From contig CM022677.1 of the NCBI GenBank assembly GCA_012295275.1, positions 10,106,001 to 10,170,000 on the forward strand: a stretch of DNA of 64,000 nucleotides, given 5' to 3'. Both the position numbers and the translations under genes were made by a program. Shown here piece by piece: positions 45,132 to 61,437 of the stretch (position 1 is its first letter; each line of letters starts with the position of its first letter). Source of the stretch: Chrysomallon squamiferum (Eukaryota > Animalia > Mollusca). The notes under the pieces were generated by a model. The model did no database searches, was not told where the DNA came from, and was given only the letters and a program-made list of their open reading frames with translations.

Positions 45132-45465
45132 ATAAGAAAATAAAGAAAGAAAAGAACAGAAAAAGAATTTAAAAAAACAAAAATAAACTAAAAAGGAAAC
45201 CCAGAAAAAACCCAGTGTAAAAAAGTAAAATGTATTCTAAATCTGTAATTATTTTATCTAAGAAATAAATAATTTACTAAATTTCTCTGCCTGATAATAA
45301 CGTCATTTACGTACATATTGATCGTAAGAAGAGCAAAAAAACATACTATCAAGGCCAAATGATGGGAAAAAAGTCGTCGATATGCATTGATAGTAAAAAA
45401 ATATTTTTTTTTTTTTAAATGGATATTAATAATAGAGATCTTTACTATGAAATAATAATAAACAC

Positions 45466-45517
<52 letters not shown>

Positions 45518-46454
45518 GTCTGTTACAAAAAAATATGGGCAATCTATGTGTATGTCTGCAAGAATTGTCTCCCATTTTAATGTGAAAGCTTTAACTAAAA
45601 TATTATTTTCAGTTATTATTTTTACATCGATAGCAGAATTTACAGATGTAAATTAAATCGAAGATGTTTCCATTTTACACACACACACAAAATAGCATAG
45701 CCCTGTTTTAGTCTGTTTCTGTCTGTCTGTCTGTGTGTCTGTTTGTGTGTCTGTCTGTGTGCCTGTCTCATCTAGCCGATATACTACACTAACATACACA
45801 ATCGAGTTCAGTAATAATATTCACTTTAGCAATACTAATTTGAAGACGTTAGCATGAACTTCATCTGACCATTATTAAGTGTGAAACAAGCATTTCGTTA
45901 TTAACTGCAGCAGCAGCTACAGCTCTGTGAAAACACGATCTTGTTTTATCTTAATGTGCTCTTTAAAACTACACAGTTCCTCATTTAAATGCTGATAAAA
46001 CTGTTAAAATAACACAACTTTACGACATGAAGGAAACAAAAGTGTATTAATTATTCTACAATGATCTGTTATTCATGTTAATGATAATCCCGAGTGTTAA
46101 TTCTAGATCAGTTCAGTGCTTTTCCTTGTTCAACAGTGAACTTGAATTAAGAATTAACACGCTCTGCGGAGATGCGACATGTTCGGCGGTCAGAACAATA
46201 ACGTTGCTGTGTATAATAACAGAGAAATAATAATGTCTTTAAAATATTAATTACGTTAACATTACTTTCATGGTATTTTATTTATTTAAAGAATTTTTTT
46301 CTTGGTAAATCATTCGTTCTGTCAAATGCATCTGACGTGACTTTGATACGTATAAACTAAATTTGTAATAAAACAAGGTTGATTAACTCACACATTTACA
46401 TGCTACGTCATTGCTTGTAGTTGTTTTCTTTTAGTCTTTTTATCTTAATTTCAT

Positions 46455-46497
<43 letters not shown>

Positions 46498-46510
46498 TTA
46501 TCGTCTAGGC

Positions 46511-47293
46511 CAGTATTTCTCAACTTTTTTTTGCCAACGGCACAGCTTGGAACACATGAAAAAATCGCGGTACAAATGGCTGAATATATATGAAAAATAT
46601 TATATTCTGAAAAATAAAAACATGTCATACTTTTCTGTCTTTAATGACGGAAAGTAATTGTTGATGCTTTCGTCCATGGCTGTTAGATGAGTAAACACAA
46701 TAGGGATCATTTCTCTAATGCAGGTAGAACGCAATAAAGGGAACATATCAAGATTACCAGTGATTGCACTTTTTTTTCCAAATCACAATTTTCTTTTTGA
46801 GGGCAACTAACTCGTCTGCTGAAGTGAGAATACTTTCGTTTTAACCTTGCATACTACTGTTTGTTTTATTTAGTTCACTAAATATTTCTGTTAGGTATTC
46901 CATTTTAGACATTCAAAATTCCCAATAAGGTAATCACAGAATTTCTCATGCTTTTCCTGGAGAGAAAAAAATGATAGTAATTCCTTGTGCAGTTCGTGAA
47001 CACGATTTAGTACTTTGCCTTTCGGCAGCCAGCGAACCTCAGTGTGCATTAATAACTTAACATGCTGAGAGTCCATCTCTTTGCACAGCTGTTCAAATAA
47101 TCGTGAGTTCAATGGTCTACTTTTTATATAACTGACCATTCCAACAACTTGAAGTAACACAACCTTTAAATCTTCCTGCGATATTTTTGAAACAAGAACT
47201 TCTCTATGTAGAAAGCATTGAGTACGAATGAGATTTGGATTTTCTGTTTTCTACACTTAGGAAGATCTCGAGGCACACCTGTGAGAATCACTG
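46511..47293 (-). mobile_element. Internally deleted hAT transposon, Buster/Charlie (ZBED5/ZBED8-like) type
   Basis: TIRs CAGTATTTCTCA / CAGTGATTCTCA; 8-bp flanks GTCTAGGC / GTCTGGGA; transposase fragment QCFLHRE...IKSRPLNSRLF...HTEVRWLPKGKVL, then frameshift to YLTEIFSELN...MQG*. Confidence 0.9.
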
Positions 47294-49131
47294 GTCTGGG
47301 ATTTTAAACTGATACAAAAGAAGGAAAACAAAGTCATTTTATGACTCATTTCACGCAACGCGACATTTGCATGTGTAAAAGACGATTTTTTTTTAATTTT
47401 TAATTTTTTTATTTGTTATTATTATTATCAAAAGAAAACGGGATTATACTATTTGATTTCGTTAGTTGTCCCTCGAGGCTATGACACAAATAATATAACA
47501 TACATGGCTACTGTTCATATAGCTTTCGCATATTTCTCCTCGCAGGTTATGCCAGATAGATTATAATAGAACAAAATTATTCTTAAATTTAAAAAAAGAT
47601 ATATTATTAAAATGAAAATCACGTAAAAAAACCAAAAACATATACAAATAAATACAAAATCGGAATAAATAAACATTTCGTTAAATTATTGTCTAAAAGC
47701 CTCATTAAAACGATATTTTCCTAAGCGTAAGCGGGCGATTAGAATAAGGGGGCAGTGGCCCCAGGCATCAAAATGGGGGGGACTTCCAATCAGAGAAAAG
47801 AACTTAATAAATTTGGTTGATTTATATTTAAATCAAACAAAGTGTTTATTTTATGTTTCATCAAATTATCTTCCTTTCTAATAATATTTCTCAGTACTAG
47901 GACTTATACTGGAGTCTTTGGGGCACACAATCAAGCAGTTGGCCCCGGACATCACCAGACTTCTGCACTCCACTGGCCTGAAACAAAAATTCAATTATTA
48001 AGAATAAGAATAACGAATGTCATTGGGGAAACGTCACTTAGCTGCAGCAGTTTCTGCCCTCAAAATAATCTGTTCACCACGCGGCACACACGTCACGAAA
48101 TCAACATTTTTATTTATATCGGGGTTGATGGTTATCTGTGTTCTAAAAATTTGGTGATTTAAAACCGTGAGGGAAAGGCCTTGGTTATCTAAAACGTGTG
48201 TGTGTGTGTGTGTGTGTATAAATCTATTTTCTGTACAGGACAGTACATCTTTTTATTTATTATTATTTTTGTTTTATGTGTGTTTACTTAGAGTATTAAA
48301 ATATTTATAGATGACCATACTTTATTAAATCTAAAAGATAACAATAATTTAAATCAATTCGTCCGTAATTTAATATTATTTTTTTGTATATCTCGCAACT
48401 AATTTCATTACCTTTTGCCTAAAAGAGTTAATTCCCTTTACACTGAAATTAGTTCGGTAACTTTCGTAGTGTTTTCAGAATACATTTCCAGAAAAGGATT
48501 TCACGGGAAAATTCGATATTTTCGATGAAAAAAAAAAAAAGAAAAAGGGAAAAATGATTGATTGATTATTTATTTTTATCAGAAACATAGATTAAAATAA
48601 CCAGTCAGTCATAAAAATCTCAAGTATTTTTGACACATCTCAGTGGTTTTTATACTCTGTATATGTAAAACATATTTTGCAGTTTTTCTAGGTTCCAAAA
48701 ATGTTCAAAATTTATATTTAAAATAAAAAAATCTACTGTAAGCGATGAAATATTAGTATTTTATAACTGAATTAAATAATAAATAAATAACACCAAAAAA
48801 AAAAAAGGAAACAAAAACAACAATAAAGACAACAGCAACAACAAATAATAATAAATAAACATGTTTGTTAATTCTTACTCTGGATGAATTTCAAAAGTTT
48901 TATCTTGAAGTATATTTAGCATGATTTATTTCTTTTTAACAAATTAAAAAAAAAAAAAAATGATGCTACCTGACTTTTCAAGGTAATTTCTCAATACTTT
49001 GCTTCAAATGAAAGATGTTTATTCATTGACACTGATTGTTGTGAAAGTAATTTAACCTTCAATAACAAGATATATGTAATTAGAAACTCGATATTATTAT
49101 AATCTTTGCATTATTATTATTATTATTATTA

Positions 49132-49184
<53 letters not shown>

Positions 49185-50460
49185 GTTGTTGTTATTGTTA
49201 TTGTTGTTATTGTTATTGATATTATTATTGTTGTTATTTGCAATAGTAATAGTAGTGGCCAATGTTGGGCTCTTAAGGCTTCAAGCTTCTTTGGGCCTGT
49301 GACACCAGCCAACAACCTGCCTGCAAATTTAAGTTAATCTTTCATATAATTTATTATAAAATATTACAAATTAAGTAATTAATGAATAACTAAAAATAAT
49401 ATCTGAGAACTGACTTATCAGATAACCTTGAGTTAGCATTAAGAAAAGCAATTAGTACTGTGTACTGGTACTGTACATAAAGTTAAACATATTTAGCTGG
49501 TTCACTCCCATGTAGCCTAAAAGTTAAAAGATATGTCTCCCACATAGCCAAAATGATGTTGGGATACCCGGGCCAAATGTTTTGATAGTAAATTGGTATT
49601 AAGGGCTATGTTGGGTTTTTTCAGGGAAAATTAACATTGATATTAAGGGCTATTGTCCGTGTTGATATTAACTGAAATAAAAGAAAAAGAAGTATTGTGA
49701 CATTGAAAACAAACTTCAGAACCTGAAACTCTGTTTTCAGCAGGGACACATACCAGGTAAGGACTATGTCGATGCACCTTCATTCTACTTTAACTTTTGA
49801 ATTGTTTCAATGCAGTGTTTGAGAATCACTGCTGTTAGTGAATGAATGAATGAATAAATCATTTATGTTAGTGTCGAAATGAAGGTGTTTCCAGGCATTT
49901 TTTTCATTACACCCAGTGTATTATCTGATACTCATGAGAATCATGCAAACTAGCCATCCCTTTTAGGGACAACACTCATGTCCAGAGGTATTGATACAGA
50001 CTATAACACGAATACAATAGACTGACCAAAGTTAATCCCATACCACCAACTCAAACCTAGCCAAATCCCAATGTTGTTGTAGTAGACTGATTTGGTTAGG
50101 TTTTTGGCAAGGTGGGAGGACACCCTTAGGCCTACATATTAAACATATTTTGTGTTAATCTTTCAAGAAATTCATCCAGAATACAGTTTAATTCACCCAT
50201 AACATCTCTCATATCAAAGAGGCATCCTATCAGTTAGTTTCTGTAACATGCACATGGAGAGTTTGCAGTACACAATGTTAACATTTAACACCAAACAAAA
50301 TAAAGAAAAATAACTTCAGCCTAATCAGTCTGAGGGATAATATGTAGCTGTAGTGGCAGTGGCAGTGGTAGTAGTAGTAACAAACAGCAAAAAATCAGTT
50401 GTTTGAGAAGAATTTCAGTCAGGCAGAGGGAGAGCAAAATGTTTTAAAAAGTCAGATTAA

Positions 50461-50650
50461 ACAGATAGAGAGTGAGTGATGTACAGAACAGTGAGGAGGT
50501 GGAATAAGAAATAAACATGTCTCTAAAAGCCTTGGTCAGTTAGAGAGACAGACAGACAGTGGGACAGTTTAGACAGATAGAGAGGGAGTGATGTACAGAA
50601 CAGTGAGGAGGTGGAATAAGAAATAAACATGTCTCTAAAAGCCTTGGTCA
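50461..50650. repeat. Short tandem duplication (~80 bp shared, ~111 bp period)
   Basis: AGTGATGTACAGAACAGTGAGGAGGTGG...GCCTTGGTCAG occurs twice. Confidence 0.85.
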
Positions 50651-51367
50651 GGTTGGACAGTAGTCAAATTTCTCTTACAAGCACAGGTGAGTTTTATTAT
50701 TATATTTCATTCCTTTCTTTTTAATATATAATAATAACACAGTACTGTAACAATGAATCATTTATTTTTATTAGACTAGGATAGCTTTCTTGTTGTTGTT
50801 GTTTTTAATACAGGTCTGTAAATTTAGAGTTATTTACTCGTGGTATGAGTTTGTCTGCATCTGAAAATATCCTAATATTTGTAAACACTGTTTGTAGTTT
50901 TGAAGGATACATGGTTAAAAATATAATGGAAAAACTAAGAGAAAAAGAAAGAAAAGAAATGAAATAATGAAGAAAAAGATATATATCAGGTTAATGTTTT
51001 GTTTTCACTAAGACCAATGTTATAAATCAAACAAAAAATCATGATACTAAAACAAATAAAAAAGAAAAAGAAAAAGAAAAGAAAAATAAAACGAAATAAA
51101 TACATAAATAAATGAATAAAAACAAAAAGAAAAAATTAAATAACAAAACATATCATATTAAAATGTAGTTGTGTAAAAATAAAACACTTAACTGTATATT
51201 ATTATAACACTAAATCAAGTAGACAGAATCCTCCAGTGAGCACATAATTTTTATAAATGGGAGAGACAGACTGACAGTAGATGAATGGACAGATAGACTA
51301 ATGGAAAAAGAGACAAATTGGTATACTGTCACTACTGCTGCTGCTGTTGTCATTATTTAAAGAAAAT

Positions 51368-51401
<34 letters not shown>

Positions 51402-52787
51402 AACAATGCAATAATGATTAATAATTTTAATAATTATAATAATGAACATCCACTTTTGCCATATTCAAAGTCCTCCAGGTTCAAGGTGGTAGCAAATACA
51501 CACAGTACATTTTAATGAGATTTTTCTTAAAAATAAATTACATATTTAATTTGTCGTCATGTCATCTAACTTTACTACAGTTTCTGTCAATATGTTGAGA
51601 TTACCTTAAAAAGTAAGACAATGCCTGAAATATTTATAATCTACGGATTACTTGAATGTCTAAGATAAGTTTATACCTACAACATAGACAAGGGAGACAA
51701 ACATTCAAGATTTAGTGCACTGATTATTTTGTGTTACTTCCCTTACTACGTATATACTGTTAAACCAGGTTTATGTATGCTGCTAGTTCATGTTAAAAGA
51801 CACCGACAGTAACAATAGCAATAATAATAGCATCAACAACATTAATAATGCAGGGAAGTAACAACAACATGATATAATGTTTCAAACGAAACTTAGGACG
51901 TTTACATATACACACACATATACACACATGCGCATTCTTTCTGTCCCTTCTTGCAACTATAAAGATATACACATGCGCAAAAGCTCTGAAATATAATGAT
52001 AATATCTCAAATGTTTATGTGGTCATTAATTATATATATTGTTTTCATCGTGACAAAAGGCTTTTCAGAAGTAAATTGTTTATAGTGTAAAGTGCAGTGA
52101 CGTCACCGCCAGTGGCGCGCAATGGGAAAATATTCTCGTTTCTGGACAAATTGTAACATATGGCGTATCAAGATTACAGAAATGATGTCAAGTACATTTA
52201 CTGAAATAACCAGAATACAATGTTTGTTTACATAGAGCCACCATAGCGAATATTTCATAACTCATTATATGTAATAAAGCTGAACAGTAGAAAAAGCACA
52301 AGTAAATAAACGAATGAATGAATGAAAAAGGGTATGAATAAATAAAAAATAATAATAAAATAATTATAAAATAAAATAAAAATCAAGGAAAATCAGTAAA
52401 CTCAAAAGAGTTCTAGGAAATGCGACCAAAAAGGCTACCCATACTAGTAGTACTATTTACATTACGGTTATAATTACTACCACTGCAACTATCACTATCA
52501 CTAACACTGTTATACTCTAAATACCAATAAATACTAGTATAAAAATCTTTGATTATTATTTATTTATTTATTTAATATTAAATGGAGATTGTTGTTTTAA
52601 TAGTGGTAGTACATTAATGATCGTAGCTGTAGATATATTAGTAATAAAAATAGAAAAACTAGTCATAAGTATTATAATTTAAAAAAAGCAATCAAACAAA
52701 TAATTAGTAAATAAAAAATTGAAATAAAAATATTTCAGTAACATAAATATTTGACAAATACATATTTATTTGTTTTTCTACCTGTTT

Positions 52788-52858
<71 letters not shown>

Positions 52859-53117
52859 AAAAAATAGAAATAAGAAATAGAGCATAAGAAAGCCAGGGAC
52901 TGATTTAAAAGGAATAATAACTCACACACACACACACACACACGCACAAAACAAGTTGTTTATAAAGAATAAAATAATATTATGACAGCAGAATAATGAT
53001 ATTGGAGGATAAAGTGTCTCCATAACGTGTATAAAATTAAATTTAAAAATTAGTACATTTTAAAGAAATGTTGAAAACGTCATTAGACGTATTCCTTTTA
53101 AAAACAACAACAACAGC

Positions 53118-53169
<52 letters not shown>

Positions 53170-53267
53170 TAAATGTAGTAATAATAACAACAATAATAAT
53201 AATCATGTCGTATAATCATTTATATTGCTTGTATCGTTAACCCACTTTCAGATGATTAAAACTTTGT

Positions 53268-53309
<42 letters not shown>

Positions 53310-53373
53310 ATTATTATTATTATTATTACTAATATTTTTTTCATAAACTGTTTCAACCAAACACACACACTCT

Positions 53374-53445
<72 letters not shown>

Positions 53446-53807
53446 AACACTCTCACACACACAAACACACACACACACACACGCATTATTGGCCGTATCT
53501 TTATTTTCCCGCCGTATCGCTTGTTTCACATTTAAAAATGGGAAACTAAAAATAGAAAAGCTCTGAAGGCTGAATGATCTATCACTGTGTCAGCCAGAAG
53601 TGTGTGCGTGCTGCTGCTCACGTGTGTATACGAATATCTTCTGTGTAAACACACGTACGTGAAAACTCGCATGCAAGGACAAAAAATAAGCGATATTTTT
53701 ATCTCTTATTGGTTCATTCATGTATCGAAATGTGATTATGCGCATTTCTTATAAAGTGGAGCAATAACTCACAAAAACAAAACAAAAACACTTAAAGTTC
53801 TCTCTCC

Positions 53808-53842
<35 letters not shown>

Positions 53843-55162
53843 GAGACAAAGTCAGAGAGAGCGAGACAGTCATCAATACTGAATAAGTAATTTGTTTTCT
53901 ATACCAGTGATTCACTGTAGGATATAAATGACATATCAGGAGCCTGAAATATAATAAGAATACTTAAATAAATGATAAGAAATATAAAAACTATTTATAG
54001 TATTTTATTATTTTTTAAACACTAGATTTTTTAACAGTGAAAGAAAACGTAACTATAACGTATGTCTTGAGTGTGATACTAGATTAATGATGCTGTTGTT
54101 TTGATCCTTTTCTTTGCATTTCATTTTTTTCTTTTTTTTAAATTCTTTGTATTAATAGTATTATTAGTAGTATTATTAATGCAAATATTTACTATAGAAA
54201 TTAAAATTATATTTGATTATCACATAATTAAAATGCTCATTGACAACAAAACATACACCCACATGCACACACACGCAAATCCCTGCACACAGTAACACAT
54301 ACACACATATACATTTTATAAACGTCATTCTGTTATCATATAAAAATAAATTTAATTTGTAACATACGCGCATACACCCACGCAGGTACACTCACACATA
54401 CTCACACTTAATATATAAATAAAACTGTAAAACATACACACACACACACACACACACAAACACAGACAGACACACATAACTGTTAATTTTAAACGTAATT
54501 TTTAATCGGAAATAATATATTTATTTAATTTGACTTCTTTTTAAACAAAATATGATTTCTTAACCAAATCTACACCAAAATGTCACAATTCTTGCCTCGT
54601 TACGTCAGGAGTACATTAGCAACAAAACAAAATGAACATTTGTGCTTCGATACAAGCAGACGACACGTCTAGGTCGCCATTATCACTGTACAGAAATAAG
54701 CGCGCGCGCCTTACATCCAGATTACTCGTCCAAACAAACTGCTCCGTAGTTTGCCGGACACTGGCTACTTAATATTTTATCGTAGTAAAAAATGTGATAA
54801 ATAAAATAAACTTACCAGATGAACACAACGTTCGCCTGCTCATTCGTAATCCACAGTTACAAATGTAAGGGAACAAAGTTCATTATCCGAAAAGTGACCT
54901 TCACTGGCTGGTTAATCAATAGATGTTTATGTTTCAGCTAACGTAATTTAGACAGAACGCTCGCGGGGGAAATATTAGAGCTGAATGTGAAAATAAAAAA
55001 ACTAAAATGTATGTCAGACATTTAGGAGCCGCAGGATATACTATAGATGAGTGAACGGAATGGGAACAGAAGACGTTAAATAAGGTCACAAAAATAAAGT
55101 TTTAAATTACTACTAATAGTAATGTGGGGAACAAAAGAAGAAAAAAGACAACAAACAACAGC

Positions 55163-55273
<111 letters not shown>

Positions 55274-56057
55274 AATTCAAATATTGTTGTGTTTGGATAC
55301 CAGTGGATACATTGAACAGATGCATGGGAAGATCGCCAGGTCGCTTTGATCAGAAGAAATAAAAATGTACATACTAAAGTAACAATAGCAGCATCGATAA
55401 TGAGGATAATAATAACTGCTTCTACATGATTTGCAGACTTTCATTAACCATCTAAGAATAATTATTTCTTCTTCGTCATAATAATAATAATAATAATTAT
55501 TATTATGATTATTATTATCATTATTATTAATTGAAGTTACTGTTGTTCTGTAACGTCAGTTATTGCTATGGTTACAAAGACACGTGTAAACATTCATACG
55601 AATACTGCAATAGGACGTACGATTACGTGGCTGGTGCACTGAGCGGACGATGTTCATGCACCGCTAAATCAGAACAATTAATTAACGTTCCACAATGAAA
55701 GGAGGCGAAACTCGAATCACGTTCGAAAAATAGTTGACATTGCTATGTGTATACTGAATTATTATTTTTATATCAAATATATATATATCATTTTTATTGT
55801 TTATATTTTATATGTAAGAAAGTTAATATATATAATAAAAAGTTATATGAATGGATATATGTATCTGTATGTTATGTGTTACTGGGTGTGTGTGTGTATA
55901 TATATGTATGTATATGTATGTATGTGTGTGTATATATATATATATATATATGAGCGTGAGCATTTTCTAAGTTCTGTATGCTAGTCTTCAGTTTGCATCA
56001 TTATACCAGTATCTTGATATATTAATATTACGTATAAGTACACACATACATACATAC

Positions 56058-56100
<43 letters not shown>

Positions 56101-56230
56101 GGTCTCTATAGTAATAATAATAAGTAGTAATAATAACTGCAGAACAAATTATAACAAACAAAAAATAGATATAAACAAAATCCCTCAAGACACAATCAAA
56201 TACAACAACAATAACAACAACAACAACAAC

Positions 56231-56269
<39 letters not shown>

Positions 56270-57355
56270 AACTACAATAACAATGACGATAATGATGATG
56301 ATGATGATGATTTTGAGAATATTTACTAAGAGAATTAAAATGGTTTAGAGAAAATAAAAGTCAATATATGATCTTCATTTTTGTTCTTTTCTTAATTACA
56401 AAAATATTTATATATGGCATTAATAATAAAAAGTAAATATAAAATATGAATATTTACTTACGTATTTTAAGTATAATCCAAAATGATGTAATTCCTCGTA
56501 CTAAGCTAGAATGCGCCATCACTGACACGCTATCGTTAAATCCCGATAATTTCCGGTTTTGATTGCGTCATTTATAAAAATTGCACTTTGCTCTGGTGCG
56601 CGGTATACATAAATAATCAATTATCCATAAAGCGTATACAGAAAACTACATCACAACACGTAGGATAAAAAATAAAAAAATAAAATTCCTCTGAATGTTA
56701 CAGAAATTTCGGCACAAATAATTTTATCCACTGATTCATCTGACGTTTGAGAATAAAATAAAAAACAAAACAAAACAACAACAAAAACGAGAAAACTCCG
56801 ATATACACACGAATGAAAGCCAGTCGAAGATCATGTGTAGAATGTATGATCGTTGTTAGGTGGGAGATGGTGGAACGACTACTGACCCTGTTATCTGTAC
56901 ATTTTTTTTCCTTTTAACGGTGCACCTTGAGTACAATAGCGTGGAACACAGCACGCATGAACTCCGTCAGGTAGGCCCCTTCGTACTCGTCGTGTCAAGC
57001 GAGTTAACTATCGACTTCGTCGTGTTCAGTCAATCTTTTTCAATTAAAGTTTTCCTTCTCCCTGCTGACAATGTTTTTATTGCTACTGTTGTGTCTTAAA
57101 GTGGAAACTGGTAACACTTTTACTTTTATTTTTCGTGCAAGTTTCTACGATTGTATTTTTTTTTTTTTTTTTTTTGCCTATGAATAATGGTTGTATAACT
57201 AAATGTCATCATTTTGAATTAAGTGTTTTGTCTTTCAACCAAGGCAGTTCATTCTTTGCTGAATATATATTTTATTAATATATTTAGTTGTATTTTTTTT
57301 TTTTTTTTTTTGTATACTTATTTACTTATTTTCATCTTTAAAATTTATTTAAAAA

Positions 57356-57390
<35 letters not shown>

Positions 57391-58143
57391 TTTTAGCAGT
57401 AATAGTAATAGTAGTAGTTGTATTTTTTCTGTTTCTTTTATTTTGATTTTTATTATTATATTAATTAAAAACTTATTCCCAATTTTTATTTATTTTGCAA
57501 ATGTTTTTAACTGTTTTTTTTTCTTTTTCATTTGTAATATTATTTATAAAATATGCTCTTGAAACATAGTGTTTTAATACTGAGTGTTCTCAATAGCAAC
57601 TTTTTATTATATTTTCTCATTCAGTTTTACTGCTGTTTTCAGTAAAAAAATATATATATATTATTATTATTATCATCTTCATCATTATTATTATTAATCT
57701 TTCAAAGTGTTTAAATAATTAAAACGCCATTGTTTATTTATTTATTTATTTGTATATTAGTACTTCTTTTTATTAACTATAGAGAGATATTTCTCCTTGC
57801 CTTTCAGTTCATTGTAAAATATTCTAGCACGCGTGTCATGGTCACCTGACATTTATATTCATGGTTCAGACTGTTTATTTTCTCAGCTACAAACCAGGCT
57901 CACGTGACTTGGTGTTTTCCATCTGACTGAACTATTGAACGAACTAAATACTCGGTAACCAAAATCTTCTGACATGTCCTTTAACAAGATCTTTTCTTTT
58001 TTACAAAAGTAATTCTTAACTGGGGCCCTGTGCGGACTGAAACATGTTACGTCTGCGTTTGACGTTTCTTAAATGTTATTTAGTTTTCCATTATTTAAGT
58101 TTGTGTGTATATGTGTGTATGTGTGTTTGTGTGTGCAAAATAT

Positions 58144-59125
<982 letters not shown>

Positions 59126-60006
59126 ATCTTACTGAGTGTGCGTGTGTGTGTGTGTATTATATTTTTATATTTCAAATTCTTTTATATATTTTTATAATAT
59201 TTTATCATATTATATAATAAAATATAGAAATGGAAATATAGATTTTTCCTTTATTATTCTTATATTTTTTTATTCCTAATTAATTAATAACTAATTTTTA
59301 TGTGTCCTTATGTCCATTTGATTTTAATCTTACTGAATTTGTAACTCTACTTTATTTTATTATTATTTATTTATTTATTTGATCTTTATTAATTCTCGAA
59401 TGAATGCCGTAAAAGAGTTTTATTATATATATATTATTTATTTATTTGTTATTAATGGAAGAAAAGAGCAACGATATAGCGAAGATGGTAATTTACTAAT
59501 TATTAACAATCTGTTTTCCTAGTGAGCCTATTTTACTTTTTCTCGCCCCTGCTCGCCTCTTTCGCTGTTTACTTTAAATTAGTTGTTGACAAGTGTGAAA
59601 CACTGCTTTCTCTTCATTAATAAATTTCTTAACTGAATTTGAACCAATTTTTTTGTTTTATTACTTAATATTCTTTTTCTTTCCACAGTATAATCGTAAA
59701 AAACATAAACACAGAGAAGAGAGATAAACCAAAACACACACACACACACACACAAACACATATATTCACATACGTGGACACCCACTCGCATAAACACAAC
59801 CACATACGCCCAAAAAAAAAAAAAAAAAGTAGAAAAGAAAAGAAAATCGATCTCTGTACTTTTAAAGGTATCCCCATATCGTGTGAGCAAACTCTTTGTC
59901 TGCTGTTAAGTCGGCGTGATATTGTGTCACGTGACGCAGGTGTTGTTCCGCGTGTGACGTACAGCACGTAAAATCCGTCAGCTGTTGTGAGATACTGAAT
60001 ACACTA

Positions 60007-60062
60007 GATATAGCTCAGTGGTTAGAACGATCACGGTGTTCTGGCAGTTCCTGGTTCAAATA
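60007..60062 (+). mobile_element. Degenerate tRNA-derived SINE head
   Basis: A-box TAGCTCAGTGG (60011-60021) and B-box-like GGTTCAAAT (60053-60061); no acceptor stem or cloverleaf. Confidence 0.45.
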
Positions 60063-60131
60063 TTATGTTATTTAACTCCATTATACTGTAATTAAATCAT
60101 ATACCTAAGCTTTTATTATCACTGTAAAAAG

Positions 60132-60165
<34 letters not shown>

Positions 60166-60358
60166 CCCAAAACACACACAACAATACTGAAATGATACTT
60201 TGCTGATGATATAGCAGCCTACATTATGTAGTCAGATATAATACCTGTACGTTTTCAAAAATGTTTTAACCTCTAACTGCTTAATTAATTACTGTATTTT
60301 TTGGCTGTGCGAACAATATATTAATTGCTTATAAAATAATAAGAAAATGATAAAGTAA

Positions 60359-60423
<65 letters not shown>

Positions 60424-60894
60424 GGAAAGAAAGAAAGAAAAAAGAAACTATATAGAAAAATATGATTTCATTTTTATTGTAACTACTATAGAGAAAAATA
60501 ATATTATGGTTAATGACATCAGAACAACAACAAAAATAACAAAAACAATAAGAATAAGAAAAATCTCTATTCTTTTCAAGTAAACTAAATACATCTTAAT
60601 AGCATCCCATTTTTTTTTCTCCTTTCTATCTTTCTTTTTTCTTTTTCTCCTTTCTTTCTTTTTTCTTTTTCGAGTTTTTTTTTTTTTTTTTTTTTTAGCT
60701 GCATGTTTCCACAAGAATAAACGGGACATGTTTATAATTTAGTCATGTCGCGCTGTGCCTTGTTTTTCGTCAACTGCGACGTCAGCTCGAGTTACGTTGG
60801 TTCAATGACCTTGATGTGGTAGATAAAAATTACTGACCTAATTCTCAATGACATTTATTACTACAGTATTCCGGAAAATGCTTAAAACTTATAA

Positions 60895-61437
60895 TTTAAA
60901 CTATATCTTTCAATACCGAAATGTTTAAACTATATCTTTTAATAGCACCTACCGAAATGTTTAAACTATATCTTTTAATGGCACCTACCGAAATGTTTAA
61001 ACTATATCTTTTAATAGTACCTACTGAAATGTTTAAACTATATCTTTTAATAGCATCTGATGAAATGTTTAAACTATATCTTTTAATAGCATCTGACGAA
61101 ATGTTTAAACTATATCTTTTAATAGTATTTACCGATATGTTTAAACTGTATATATTTATAATAGCTAACGAAATGTTTAGACTGTATATTTTAATAGTAG
61201 CTAACGAAATGTTTAGACTGTATATTTTAATAGTAGCTATCGAAATGTTTAGACTGTATATTTTAATAGTAGCTATCGAAATGTTTAGACTGTATATTTT
61301 AATAGTAGCTATCGAAATGTTTAGACTGTATATTTTAATAGTAGCTAACGAAATGTTTAGACTGTATATTTTAATAGTAGCTATCGAAATGTTTAGACTG
61401 TATATTTTAATAGTAGCTATCGAAATGTTTGGACTGT
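60895..61437. repeat. Minisatellite, 39-bp then 36-bp unit, ~14 copies
   Basis: GAAATGTTTA(A/G)ACT(A/G)TAT... tandem units; source of the repetitive 175-aa ORF. Confidence 0.93.

Noticed and set aside
52789-52856. Long poly-T/poly-A palindrome
   Set aside because: Homopolymer juxtaposition, possibly a sequencing or assembly length artefact
60007-60062. tRNA gene
   Set aside because: A/B boxes only; no acceptor or anticodon stems
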